This document shows positions 1 to 10,166 of a DNA stretch of 64,000 bases, one piece after another. The translations under genes were made by a program, and so were the position numbers. The DNA lies in the NCBI GenBank assembly GCA_048940925.1, contig JBHLOC010000006.1, positions 32,001 through 96,000 on the forward strand, given 5' to 3'. The DNA is from Promethearchaeota archaeon (GTDB lineage: Archaea > Asgardarchaeota > Lokiarchaeia > Sigyniarchaeales > SOKP01). Position 1 is the first letter of the stretch, and each line of letters opens with the position of its first letter. The notes beneath the pieces were generated by a model. It was not told the origin of the DNA, did no database searches, and was given only the letters and a program-made list of their open reading frames with translations.

Positions 1-241
1 CTTCAGATAAAGGCGTATAGATTCCAATACTAACAGTTGGATTCGCTTCAATATTTTTTACCTTCCTTCCTAGAGCTGGACCTACATAAATATTAAAACT
101 ATCTTTTTCTACATAAAAATCCATGGGTGTTGCGCGAGGAACATTATTACTACATGTACAGAGAACTAATACTTTTCTTTCACCTAAAAATTTACGAATT
201 TCACTTTTAAGTTCTTCTTTAGGCATTACTTGATTATCCAT
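1..241 (-). CDS. Pyridoxamine 5'-phosphate oxidase-like (split-barrel flavin/F420-binding) protein, runs off the window edge
   Basis: Manual translation from ATG 241: MDNQVMPKEELKSEIRKFLGERKVLVLCTCSNNVPRATPMDFYVE...GRKVKNIEANPTVSIGIY; LxT...P and KxxNIxxNPxVS pattern. Confidence 0.8.
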   Translation of the reverse strand, partial: MDNQVMPKEELKSEIRKFLGERKVLVLCTCSNNVPRATPMDFYVEKDSFNIYVGPALGRKVKNIEANPTVSIGIYTPLSE

Positions 242-478
242 TTTTATAATCTCAAAATAAATCTAATTTAGATTAGTATTTTGAATGAAAATATATAGTT
301 AAATCTTTAAGAAATATTGAAATAAGATTTGATATTTGTTGACATTAAACTTTTACCAGAATTATCAGAAATGTGACACTTGCCCAACAAATAATCCATT
401 TATAGTTTTGTGATAAAATTAACAAAATTTCTGAATCTTAACGATACTTTTTAAAACAAAAATAATTTTTTATATTGA

Positions 479-1774
479 ATGAATTTAGCCGCAATTTTGT
501 TGAACTTGATTTTATTTGCCATATTAATGGCTTTTTTTTCTCAAGATAAGATCGATTTTTTCCCTATTGCTTTAATCATTGGAACTATTTCTGTAATTTC
601 AATGCTTACAGTTTTTAACGTTGAAGAGGGAGAAATTCTTGGATTTATCGATTTCAGCACATTAATCTTTATATTTGCAATACAGATAATTATATTTTTT
701 ACGACTCAGAACCGTGTTTTAGAGTACACCGCACTCAAGTTGATTCATATTACGAAAGGGAATAACCGATTATTCTTTTATATGATTTGCCTTTTTACAG
801 GCATTATAGTAGCCTTTATCGAGGATTTAACCCTCTCTTTAATTTTAATTCCACTGATTTATAGGACATGTCGTGTTTTAGACATACCTGCTGGCACCTA
901 TATGATGGGAATGACCATTACTATAAACATAGGCGCAATACTCACACCTATCTCAAGTTTAAAAAATTTGATAATTGGTAAGGAATTTGGGTGGAATTTT
1001 GCTGATTATCTTGCCAATATGAGTATTTTATTTATAATTACGTTAATATCCACTATTTTTTTAATAGATTGGTTTATATTGAAAAAAGAACAGAAACCAA
1101 CTGAAGAGAACAAGAAAATCCTATTATCAATACTCGAACCAAGAATAGTGATTCAAAATAAGAAGTTCTTCTATATGACAATCATTATAGTTTTAGCAAC
1201 GTTCTTATTCATGATTCTAGGATTCAAACCTGCTCTAGTCGCAATCATTTCTGCAGCTATACTTCTTTTAGTTCATTATAAGAATACTCATTTCTCAGAT
1301 CTTAAGAGTGAGATCTCATGGAGAATCATCATTACATTTGCAATTTTGTTTATTCTTTCGAATTCTTTATCATATTTTGGTTTTTCAGACCTAATTTCAA
1401 CAGCTTTGCTAAAATTGATAAATAATAATATCTTTCTCGCTGTATTGATGACATTGAGTATCTCTTCTCTCTTGTCAGCATTTCTAGCAGGTACACCAGT
1501 TACTATTATCCTTCTCCCGATCTTTTCATCAATTATTGGACATGGATTCTTTCCTAATCCCATAATCATTGCATTTATAAGCGGCGTTAACTTAGCAGGA
1601 AATTTTTTACCACAAGGTTCTGCATGTGATCTTTTCACCCTATCTCTAGCAAAAAAATATAATGTTGTGAATTTGGATTATAATCGCTTGTTAAAAAATG
1701 GTGCACTCTTCGCATCATTTCATTTTTTAATTGTATTGGGGTATACAATGATTTATACTTTAATTTTAAGTTAA
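479..1774 (+). CDS. ArsB/NhaD/SLC13-like ion transporter (IT superfamily)
   Basis: 431 aa polytopic; NIGAILTPISSLKN and NLAGNFLPQGSAC repeated hairpin motifs. Confidence 0.8.
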   Translation: MNLAAILLNLILFAILMAFFSQDKIDFFPIALIIGTISVISMLTVFNVEEGEILGFIDFSTLIFIFAIQIIIFFTTQNRVLEYTALKLIHITKGNNRLFFYMICLFTGIIVAFIEDLTLSLILIPLIYRTCRVLDIPAGTYMMGMTITINIGAILTPISSLKNLIIGKEFGWNFADYLANMSILFIITLISTIFLIDWFILKKEQKPTEENKKILLSILEPRIVIQNKKFFYMTIIIVLATFLFMILGFKPALVAIISAAILLLVHYKNTHFSDLKSEISWRIIITFAILFILSNSLSYFGFSDLISTALLKLINNNIFLAVLMTLSISSLLSAFLAGTPVTIILLPIFSSIIGHGFFPNPIIIAFISGVNLAGNFLPQGSACDLFTLSLAKKYNVVNLDYNRLLKNGALFASFHFLIVLGYTMIYTLILS

Positions 1775-1831
1775 AAGATTTAATCTTCCTCTTTCATCCC
1801 TATATAAGTATAAGGTATTGTAAATTCAGTT

Positions 1832-2980
1832 CTAAAATCCAACAATATTAGATTGGGAAATATTATTATCTGAATCTACAGCAGCTCGTACATATGGAGA
1901 TATAGGCCCATTAGCTAAGACCATTATTTTTACCTTGGACCCCATATCTGGTTTATTTTGAACACCAAACTTTAATTGAGCTTCTTCTGGAATTCCATCT
2001 GTAATGGTAGAGATTATTTTATCTACTTTAGACAAAGGTAACGTATGATCACCTGTAACTGACACTATACAACGCTGAACTTGACTAGTGTCTGGTTTTA
2101 AGAGAGGATTATTCAATGCTAATTTTGATTTTTCTACTAAGTCTAAATCATTTCCTACTGATTCTGCAATGCCTACTAAACCTGTTGGATAATTTTCTCG
2201 TTTTACGAATATTCTTTTTACATCAGCAAAGTCAATGTTAACTAAACCACAATTATTAATTAAATTTACTACTTCTCCGATATTTCTAATTAAAACTTCG
2301 TCCATTATTTTAAATCCTGTTATCATTGGAATTTTACCAACAATTTCCAAAAGATTATCATTAGGAATGGGTATGAGAAAATCAGAATAATTTGCAAGAT
2401 GTCTAAGACCTTCACTTGCTCTGGCAGCTCGTTGAGTTCCTTCCGATTTAAAAGGAAGAGAACAAAAAGTAACAACAATAGCATTATTATTTTTTGCTTC
2501 TTCAGCGATGATTGGCGCCGCTCCAGTTCCAGTGCCTCCGCCTAGACCACATGTTAAAAAGATTATATCGGCACTTAAAATTTCTGCTAATCTTTCTTTA
2601 TCTTCTAAAGCGGCTTCTGCACCCACACTAGGGTCATTTCCAGAACCTAATCCATTACATCTCTTTTTCCCAATTAAGATTTTATGTTTTGCATTCGAAT
2701 AGTATAAATCATGGGCATCGGTATTTATATTTACAGTTTCAGCATCATTTATGCCCATATCTTCTAATCTTGATATAGTGTTATTACCAGCCCCTCCAAC
2801 TCCTACCACCAAAGATCTTATTTTTAATGCTTTTAATAAATCTGCGAGATAGTCATCATCATCGCATTTTGGATTTGAATTGGGGTTTCGGTTGGCCTTT
2901 GCTATTTCATTGAATCTTTCTCTTACAGAAGATCGATTTTTAGCTAATTCTGCTAAATCAAAAATTTCGTCAACACTCAT
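1832..2980 (-). CDS. ftsZ: Cell division GTPase FtsZ
   Basis: GVGGAGNN, NTD, GLGGGTGTGAAP signature, VNIDFAD T7 loop. Confidence 0.95.
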   Translation of the reverse strand: MSVDEIFDLAELAKNRSSVRERFNEIAKANRNPNSNPKCDDDDYLADLLKALKIRSLVVGVGGAGNNTISRLEDMGINDAETVNINTDAHDLYYSNAKHKILIGKKRCNGLGSGNDPSVGAEAALEDKERLAEILSADIIFLTCGLGGGTGTGAAPIIAEEAKNNNAIVVTFCSLPFKSEGTQRAARASEGLRHLANYSDFLIPIPNDNLLEIVGKIPMITGFKIMDEVLIRNIGEVVNLINNCGLVNIDFADVKRIFVKRENYPTGLVGIAESVGNDLDLVEKSKLALNNPLLKPDTSQVQRCIVSVTGDHTLPLSKVDKIISTITDGIPEEAQLKFGVQNKPDMGSKVKIMVLANGPISPYVRAAVDSDNNISQSNIVGF

Positions 2981-3297
2981 GAGAGACTTCTAATAAAATA
3001 AAGTTTTTATAATACGAGAACGATATCAGAATAATATATGGAAGTAATATGGGTGTAATATCTTCATAATTAAATAAGCACTTCTTAAAAATATAATCAA
3101 ATACTCCTGAATTTCTATATATCCTTATTTAAAATAAAAAGTTAAATAAAATTCGATTGATTAAATACGGTAATGTGATTCTTATATCATATTTTATTAC
3201 TATATCAATTTTTTCGTCTGAAATAAAGGATAAATCAATTGAAAAAAAAGTTTATATACATAAATTTCCATGATCATCATGCTTGGGGTTATTATTT

Positions 3298-3537
3298 ATG
3301 GAAATCGATAATACTCAAAAGAACAGCAAAAAATCGGTAAGCATGTCAGAAAGTAGCGACATGATTAAAGTCAGAGCCATCATCAGCTGTTCAAATTGCA
3401 ATTACAAGAAGAAGTTCAGAAATCAATTTCATAGAAAAGATCTCGAGCTGCTTACGGTAGCTGTAAAAGTTTTTGATTGGTTAACTTGTAACAAATGTGG
3501 TGATCTCTTAAAGTTAGATTTAGAGTTTAATGTTTAA
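3298..3537 (+). CDS. Small zinc-ribbon protein, divergent from ftsZ
   Basis: CSNC...CNKC; ATG 3298 preferred over TTG 3283. Confidence 0.65.
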   Translation: MEIDNTQKNSKKSVSMSESSDMIKVRAIISCSNCNYKKKFRNQFHRKDLELLTVAVKVFDWLTCNKCGDLLKLDLEFNV

Positions 3538-3609
3538 ATTAAATTTTATATATTAGAGATATTAAAAACATTTTAATTTTTAATTGAAATTTTAATTTAT
3601 CTATTCAAG

Positions 3610-4038
3610 TTAATATAATTCATATTTATATCTTATTACTCGATTAAATTCTTTAAATCCACACTTTTTATAAACCTGTCTTGCAGGTGCATTGAAATCG
3701 TCAGTACTCACATAAATGCATGAAAAACCTTTGTTTTTTGCATCATTAATAGCAAATTCTGTAATTAAAGTACCTACTCCTCGATTTTGAAATTCGGGTT
3801 TTATATGGAGTTCACGAATTTCTGCCCAATTCATGAGATCATCATCAAAGTATGCTGATTCTTGTCCCTTCATTATAGCAATATATCCAACTATTTCTTT
3901 ATACACTGCTACATAAATCCAGCAATATTTTTTACAATCTTCCTGAACTAAATTGAAATCTTTATCAAATTTCTCAATCTGTTCAAAATCTTTTTCATGA
4001 AACTCTCTAATTATAGGTTTAAAATTTAGATTAACCAT
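3610..4038 (-). CDS. GNAT acetyltransferase
   Basis: LHIKPEFQNRGVGT motif A; NAPARQVYKKCGF. Confidence 0.9.
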   Translation of the reverse strand: MVNLNFKPIIREFHEKDFEQIEKFDKDFNLVQEDCKKYCWIYVAVYKEIVGYIAIMKGQESAYFDDDLMNWAEIRELHIKPEFQNRGVGTLITEFAINDAKNKGFSCIYVSTDDFNAPARQVYKKCGFKEFNRVIRYKYELY

Positions 4039-4119
4039 TGTTAAATTATAAAAAATAATTAATATTTCGATGTATAATTAAAGTACTATTATTTCTTAAG
4101 AGAAAAAAGTATTGGCCCT

Positions 4120-5430
4120 TTATATATCAAGAATTATTTGACCATAATTTCCTCCTCCTCCAGGAGTATACTTTATTTCATTATTCCTGACTGCTTTTAT
4201 GACTGATGCTATATCTGGATTAAAATTTTGAATTTTATTAAAAGGAATATCAATAAGTATTTCAAATTCATTTCCAAGTTCTCTAATTATCTTTTCATAT
4301 TCATTTTGGACAGACTTACTTGTTTTACTTTTTATTCTTTTCACTGAACGTATTATATCTATTAGAGGGACTGCATTAGTATAAGGTGGTCTATGATTTG
4401 GATGCTTAGGATTCTCATATTGCGAAATCATTTCAATTCTTTCGCTTACACCCAATTTAATTTTAAAATTTTTATTTTTTTCTTCTTTACAGGCGGGACA
4501 ATTAATCTTATTTTGAGAAACTTGTTGTAAATATTTCAATCTTGAAGATTCGAGATTATTAGTATAAAAAACAATAAAATTTTCTGTAATTTTATATTGG
4601 TTAAAGATTGTGTTTATTTCTTTTTTTGCTTTCCTAAAAAGTATCCTTCTTCTGCATTTATTACAAAACATATTATAATACTTCCCAAGCTTAGGATGAA
4701 GACCAGTATTAAGGAGTATCTTTCTCCCATCTTTTCTAGATAATGCTAATAGAATTTCTTTAAAAGAGGGATTATCAATATCGAACCGATTAAATTCCCG
4801 ACCTAAAGATCGAGGATCTTGAGAGTGAGCATCACTATTACTCAAAAATGATACATCTTTTAGGCATTCAAGCCTATCTGCTAGATCAGTATTGGCAGAT
4901 AACCCTAATTCTAAAAAATACACATTTTTTGTTGCGTCTTGATAACACTGTTTTAAAGTTTCGAATTTTCCTTGACGAAATATTGCTTTAAAAGGAGTAA
5001 ATGCATGAGCAGGACCAATAATACCCCCAGAATTTGATACAATATCGACTACTTCAGGCGGTGATAAATTTACTCTCGGTCTCCCGCCCCATTGATCTAA
5101 AATATTTTTTGAATGTGATTTTAAACTTTTTTGTATTTCTTTTACTGAATCAAAATCTGGAAATAATATTACATGATGGATACTTTCAATATCTTCTATT
5201 TCTGTCTGGAGGATAAAAAAAACATCTTTATACGAAAATGATCCATCTGTCTCCTTTGTCAGATTATTTTCCATGTATTTGAGCCATTCTGGCTGTAATA
5301 TATCACCAGTACCAAGAATGTTTAATCCTTTCTTCTTACAAGTTTCTAACATAGTATCTAAATTTAATGATTTCGATACTGCTATTGAATGGGGACTATG
5401 TATATGGAGATCGGCGTTAAATATATCCAT
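4120..5430 (-). CDS. PHP-domain endonuclease Q-like protein
   Basis: ADLHIHS, GTGD, PAHAFTP, ELGLSA, SNSDAHS, LGREFN, LGKY, two CxxC, PGGGGNYG. Confidence 0.85.
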   Translation of the reverse strand: MDIFNADLHIHSPHSIAVSKSLNLDTMLETCKKKGLNILGTGDILQPEWLKYMENNLTKETDGSFSYKDVFFILQTEIEDIESIHHVILFPDFDSVKEIQKSLKSHSKNILDQWGGRPRVNLSPPEVVDIVSNSGGIIGPAHAFTPFKAIFRQGKFETLKQCYQDATKNVYFLELGLSANTDLADRLECLKDVSFLSNSDAHSQDPRSLGREFNRFDIDNPSFKEILLALSRKDGRKILLNTGLHPKLGKYYNMFCNKCRRRILFRKAKKEINTIFNQYKITENFIVFYTNNLESSRLKYLQQVSQNKINCPACKEEKNKNFKIKLGVSERIEMISQYENPKHPNHRPPYTNAVPLIDIIRSVKRIKSKTSKSVQNEYEKIIRELGNEFEILIDIPFNKIQNFNPDIASVIKAVRNNEIKYTPGGGGNYGQIILDI

Positions 5431-5489
5431 CAGTTATTAAAACCTTTACTACAATAAAAAAATTTTAATAATGTATTAATTATTTGAGT

Positions 5490-6539
5490 TTATTTCATAA
5501 TAATCATTTTATCTTTAATTTGATCAGTTAATAAGATTCTAAAATATTCTAATTCCTTCTTGAAAACAACTTTTTCTAATTTTCCCTCAACTATAACTGT
5601 TTCTCCTTCTTTAGCATGTTCACAAAAACGTGCTCGAAAAGAATTTATTTCTAAAATATCTTCCAGATTTACTCTCTTTAAGTTTGACTCTTTTTCTAGG
5701 ATTTTTATAGCTTTAATATTATATGAGCAAGGTGTAAATATTGAATACTTAGAGTCGGTAATTAATACTTTAGTTTTAATTCTACCATAGTTTTTATATT
5801 GATAATCATTAAATTCTCCTTTCCAATCATTAGGGCTTTTAATATATCTTATAAAGAAATCTTTTCCATAGAATTTACCTTGGTGTAGTTTCTGCTGTTC
5901 ACTCTTCATAAATTCCTTAAATGATATGTTTGATCCGCCAACTCTCCAAGTATAATGTTTTTTATACTCCTCTTGATTGTACATTCTAATTTGATTGGAT
6001 TCAGCCAATAAATCTATTAATTTTTCTTGAAATTTAAGTGAAGTCTCTGTACCATAGATGATTATGTCAATATCTGAATCTTCTTTATTCATACCAACCA
6101 TAACAGAACCTGTAATTCCTATTGAATCTCTAGAAATATTTCCTTTACTTATAAATAATTCACACAAATCTTTAGAATATTTTTCTGTTTTAGAGAGATT
6201 CTCTTTTTCATTTAAAGCTCGTAAACAGTCCTGGGGAGTGTAAATTTTTTTAATATCGTTATTAAAGACACCTTGTATCTCCGTATCAAGCTCTTTAGAA
6301 TAAAATATATATTCAGGATATGAATTTCTTAAAAGTGAATAGCGTTCTTCTAAATTGTATACTTTTTTATATTTTGTACCTTTTTTTATTCGGTCTCCCT
6401 CTGGATGTGGATAGAACCTTAAAAAACAAATTTTTCTTTGATTGGGGTGAAGTAAGCCCTTAACATCAAAAAATAAGTTGGATTTTTTGGTTTCAATATA
6501 ATCTCCTTCAATTCCCTCAGGAATCTTCATAACTCTCAT
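5490..6539 (-). CDS. Archaeal predicted nucleotidyltransferase (pol-beta superfamily)
   Basis: GITGS...SDIDIIIYG; N-terminal VKGxxHP...FLRFYP. Confidence 0.8.
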   Translation of the reverse strand: MRVMKIPEGIEGDYIETKKSNLFFDVKGLLHPNQRKICFLRFYPHPEGDRIKKGTKYKKVYNLEERYSLLRNSYPEYIFYSKELDTEIQGVFNNDIKKIYTPQDCLRALNEKENLSKTEKYSKDLCELFISKGNISRDSIGITGSVMVGMNKEDSDIDIIIYGTETSLKFQEKLIDLLAESNQIRMYNQEEYKKHYTWRVGGSNISFKEFMKSEQQKLHQGKFYGKDFFIRYIKSPNDWKGEFNDYQYKNYGRIKTKVLITDSKYSIFTPCSYNIKAIKILEKESNLKRVNLEDILEINSFRARFCEHAKEGETVIVEGKLEKVVFKKELEYFRILLTDQIKDKMIIMK

Positions 6540-6550
6540 AGTTTTGAAAG

Positions 6551-7687
6551 TTAATATTTGGAAGGAGTTTTAGTTTTAATTTGTGAAGGATATTTTGTTT
6601 TAATCTTTCTCAAATCTCTCTCAATTTTTCTTTTTTCATTTAGAAATCTTTGTTTATCCTTTTCTAATTTTTCTCTTTCACGTTTAATGAGATTCTTTTC
6701 ATTATCTAATTTATCCTTTTCTTTTCCTAGTTTTCTATAGTCATTATTTAATCTATTAAATTTTTCCTCTAAATTTGGAATTTTGTGATTTAAGGAGTTA
6801 TATTTACTTTCTAATGAAGGAATCTTCTTTTCTAATTCTTTTAATCTCGATTCATGTTGTCTTCTTCTTTTTTCTGAATCTTTTACTTCTTTATCAACCT
6901 TATCTCTAGTTTTTTTAAGATCTATTTTTTTTTTTTCAATCTCACGTGCTTTTAGATCAAGATCTTGCTTCTTATACCGCGTTTTTTCTCTTTCTTCTTT
7001 TAGTTTTCTTTTTTCATCAGAAATTCGGTTTTTCTCATCAGTGATTTCCCTTTTTAGGTCATTAATCTCTCTATTTAAATTATCTCTTTCTTTAGTTAAA
7101 TCTTTAGTTTCATTTCTTAAATCCATTAACTTATTTTCCAAATCATCAATAGTTCTGTTTAGGGCTTCTTCTCTTCTTTCCATTCCCGGAAGTTTTGTTT
7201 TAATTTGTTTGATGCGATCTTCTGTTCTTATCTTTTCCTTATTGAGCAATTGTTTCTCATTCCCAATCTCCTCTCTGATTTCTTCTAATTTCTCTTGAAA
7301 TTTTACTAATTCAGCATTTTTTTGATTTAATTCATCATTCTTCTTTCTGATCTTATCTCTGAATTGTCGTTCTTTAGTAGCAAGTTGATTTTTTTGTTGT
7401 TCAATTTGATTTTCAACTATTTTTAATTCATCATGTAAGATATCCCTTTTTTCAAGAAGATTTTTAACTTCAAGTTCTTTATCTTTCCTTTTTTTTTCAA
7501 GATCTTCGATATTATCTTTGTAATCTTGAATTTGTTTAATAATTCTTTCCCATTCACTCTTTTCTCTATCTAATTTAATTCTTTCTTTTTTTATTTTTTT
7601 TAATAACTTTTTATTAGAAAGGGGTTCAATTACCTCGCCAGGTGTTTTCTCTTGTATTTGATACTTGGGAATAGGTTCATCATTCAT
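6551..7687 (-). CDS. Long coiled-coil protein
   Basis: 378 aa, K/E/R-rich heptads almost throughout, no globular domain evident. Confidence 0.75.
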   Translation of the reverse strand: MNDEPIPKYQIQEKTPGEVIEPLSNKKLLKKIKKERIKLDREKSEWERIIKQIQDYKDNIEDLEKKRKDKELEVKNLLEKRDILHDELKIVENQIEQQKNQLATKERQFRDKIRKKNDELNQKNAELVKFQEKLEEIREEIGNEKQLLNKEKIRTEDRIKQIKTKLPGMERREEALNRTIDDLENKLMDLRNETKDLTKERDNLNREINDLKREITDEKNRISDEKRKLKEEREKTRYKKQDLDLKAREIEKKKIDLKKTRDKVDKEVKDSEKRRRQHESRLKELEKKIPSLESKYNSLNHKIPNLEEKFNRLNNDYRKLGKEKDKLDNEKNLIKREREKLEKDKQRFLNEKRKIERDLRKIKTKYPSQIKTKTPSKY

Positions 7688-7904
7688 GATATTTCTACAA
7701 TTTAAATTATCTTTTAATAAAATTATATAATTATTAGCTCTAAAGTGTTTGCTATTTGAAATTATCTTATTTAAATTTTTCTATGTGTTTATTCGATTTA
7801 TATATTAATTATAATTTCTATAATTTTTATAAAGAAAATATAAATAAACTATATATATAATTTCTATAATTATTTATTTCAATAGGAATGTAGGTGTTGA
7901 ATGT

Positions 7905-8294
7905 ATGGGTTTTGATGATAAGTTTGATGAGGAATTTGATGAAGAATTTGATGAAGAATTAGACGAAGATTTAGAGGAACCTTCTTCAAAGACTCCAGAA
8001 GAAATAGTTGAATCTAAAACTCCAACCACTAGAGTAGTGACTGAGGGGAAAAAGATTTCATTATACTTTATGTCAACCATTGGACCAGGTGAAAAAAAAC
8101 AAAAATTAAATGTAAATACAGGTAATAACGTGGGAGACATTAAAGAAACGGTAGCAAATTTATTTGGATTAGATCCTGCTGATTTTCATTTGTCATCAGG
8201 TGGAGTTACAATGGATGAGAGCTCAGTTTTAAAAGATTATGATATAAGTGATGGTGACGATATACTTTTAATTCCAGCAAGTACAGCGGGTTAA
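7905..8294 (+). CDS. Ubiquitin-like modifier A (acidic N-terminal tail, C-terminus IPASTAG)
   Basis: Beta-grasp pattern VGDIKETV...FHLSSGGVTMDESSVLKDYDISDGDDILLI (compare ubiquitin GKQLEDGRTLSDYNI); ends in Gly; close paralog of 10167-10499. Confidence 0.85.
   Translation: MGFDDKFDEEFDEEFDEELDEDLEEPSSKTPEEIVESKTPTTRVVTEGKKISLYFMSTIGPGEKKQKLNVNTGNNVGDIKETVANLFGLDPADFHLSSGGVTMDESSVLKDYDISDGDDILLIPASTAG
7911..7982 (+). repeat. Six degenerate 12-bp coding tandem repeats (FDDK FDEE FDEE FDEE LDED LEEP)
   Basis: tttgatgataag tttgatgaggaa tttgatgaagaa tttgatgaagaa ttagacgaagat ttagaggaacct. Confidence 0.85.
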
Positions 8295-8343
8295 ATTCTT
8301 TTTTCGGACAAAAGAAACTATAATAATACTACTTTAGCTTTAT

Positions 8344-9138
8344 TTAGTTTTTTTCTTTCCTTGAGGGAATTAAGGCAATTTCATCATCATCATCAATATT
8401 AAAGTCTTTAATCTGAGAATGTTCATTTAATAATATCCCTCCAGAAGAAAGTAGAAAAGTCTCTAGATTATAATCAAATAATCTTCCTATTCTCTCTTTG
8501 ATATGACCTATTAGTTCACTAGTATCAATTATTATTATTTTTGTTATATCACCAGACTCAACTAATGATCTGATATAAACACGGATTTGATCTTTAATTT
8601 CAATAGCGTTTACAGGAGGTGTATAAGTAATTTCATCATTAGATTTATCTCTATTTCTTAACATATTTTTGATTAACACTTTTCTCTCATTTGAATCAAA
8701 GTAAAGCATTTCCCGGATAAATAAAATCTTATCCATCTTTGATAAATCTAGTAGGTGTATTTTATTTATTTCATCTTGACTAAAAACAGAAAATATATAT
8801 TTATCAATTATAGGCATATCTTTATAGGACTCATCAGATTCAACATAATCTTCAATTAAGGGTATAGCGTCAATATATTCTTCAATTATATCAGGTGGTT
8901 TCATATTAATTGATTTTAACTCAGGTAAGTATTTCTTTTTCTTTATTTTCTCATCCCAACTGCTTTTAGAACGTATAACTGTATATACTGTACTTGTGGA
9001 TAATATCGCAACACTACCTATGGTTAGAATGAGAAATAAGGAATAATTTTCTATTCGAAATAGGAAAAAAAAGGCATAAAGCACTATACAAACAGTATAA
9101 AGAATAATAACGCTTAAAATTCTATTTTTTTTCCTCAT
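8344..9138 (-). CDS. Two-TM membrane protein with C-terminal ubiquitin-like domain lacking a terminal Gly
   Basis: Two N-terminal hydrophobic helices; C-terminal FLLSSGGILLNEHSQIKDFNIDDDDEIALIPSRKEKN aligns with the neighbouring Ubls. Confidence 0.8.
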   Translation of the reverse strand: MRKKNRILSVIILYTVCIVLYAFFFLFRIENYSLFLILTIGSVAILSTSTVYTVIRSKSSWDEKIKKKKYLPELKSINMKPPDIIEEYIDAIPLIEDYVESDESYKDMPIIDKYIFSVFSQDEINKIHLLDLSKMDKILFIREMLYFDSNERKVLIKNMLRNRDKSNDEITYTPPVNAIEIKDQIRVYIRSLVESGDITKIIIIDTSELIGHIKERIGRLFDYNLETFLLSSGGILLNEHSQIKDFNIDDDDEIALIPSRKEKN

Positions 9139-9223
9139 GATTTTTTAATTAGATTATGTTCTGAATTTAAAATATATAATTTAAAATTTAAATGAGATTG
9201 GAATAAAATTGAAGTTTTTATTT

Positions 9224-9895
9224 TTATACACCTTGAATTAATTGGCTAATCTTTCTATAATTCTTTATGTTAAATTTGAATAACTTTCTTTTATTATCTT
9301 TCTCAATATTCACTAATTTCAGATCTTTTAAGATATTTAAATACTTTTTAATTGTATTATGATTTTTTTTTAATCCAGATGCTATTTCTGTAATCATTAG
9401 TGCTCTGTTTTCTTGATGCATAAAACTAATTATTTTTTGAAGAATTTCTTTCTTTAAATAATAATATAATTTATCATATTTAGGATTTGAATCAAATTTA
9501 AAAAAAATTCTATGATTGTTAATTTGTTTTGATCTCACAAATTGAAATTTTTCTAAACAAGATAAGTGCCATAAAGCTTGATTACTTCCAATATGTAGAG
9601 CTTTCATTATTTCATTAATATTTGATGGGCTTTTTTTAATATAATTAAAGATCTCATTTCTTTTTGGATGTTCAATAATATTATTTTTCATTAATCTTGT
9701 GCCTGGTAAAATAACTCTTTGTTTGATTAAATTCTTTAAAATTAACTCTATTCTATTCTCATTTATATTAGGATTGTACCTAACCCTATTATTAATGAAG
9801 GATACAATTTCTCTTAAAGAAAAAAAGGTTTTTTTTGCTAAATACTCTTCTACTAATTCAAGAACAACTGATTTTGCATTATTCAGAGAACTCAT
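9224..9895 (-). CDS. Tandem winged-HTH transcriptional regulator
   Basis: RNEIFNYIKKSPSNINEIMKALHIGSNQALWHLSCL and ITEIASGLKKNHNTIKKYLNILKDLKLV. Confidence 0.8.
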   Translation of the reverse strand: MSSLNNAKSVVLELVEEYLAKKTFFSLREIVSFINNRVRYNPNINENRIELILKNLIKQRVILPGTRLMKNNIIEHPKRNEIFNYIKKSPSNINEIMKALHIGSNQALWHLSCLEKFQFVRSKQINNHRIFFKFDSNPKYDKLYYYLKKEILQKIISFMHQENRALMITEIASGLKKNHNTIKKYLNILKDLKLVNIEKDNKRKLFKFNIKNYRKISQLIQGV

Positions 9896-10166
9896 AAGCC
9901 TATACTTTTATTCCATTGAAAATGTTAGTCTTGTAAGTTTGTATTCTCTCTAAAACAACATTTTATTAAATATATATAATAATAGGCATTCATACAATTT
10001 ATAATATAATTTCTTATAAGCCCTAATTTGTTGTTTCTCATTTTTAGTATAACAACAAAAAACTTCAAAATCATTCCAATGGGTTTTATAATATCTTTTT
10101 AATGCGATCTTATTAAGTTTAAAAAAAATTACAAAATATAAAATGATAAAAAAGGAAGTGTTTTGA

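Noticed and set aside
4490-4670. Long insert between the two CxxC pairs of the EndoQ-like protein as an intein or intron
   Set aside because: No intein terminal motifs and no BHB pairing seen, and the frame is open. More likely a lineage-specific loop.
7911-7982. Short repeats as a possible CRISPR array
   Set aside because: The 12-bp units have no spacers, are in frame inside a CDS, and no cas genes are present.
7874-8140. Antisense or shadow ORFs in the track (e.g. 1288-1638, 7874-8140, 9950-10276, 58085-58426)
   Set aside because: They overlap well-supported genes or promoter regions and carry no motifs of their own.
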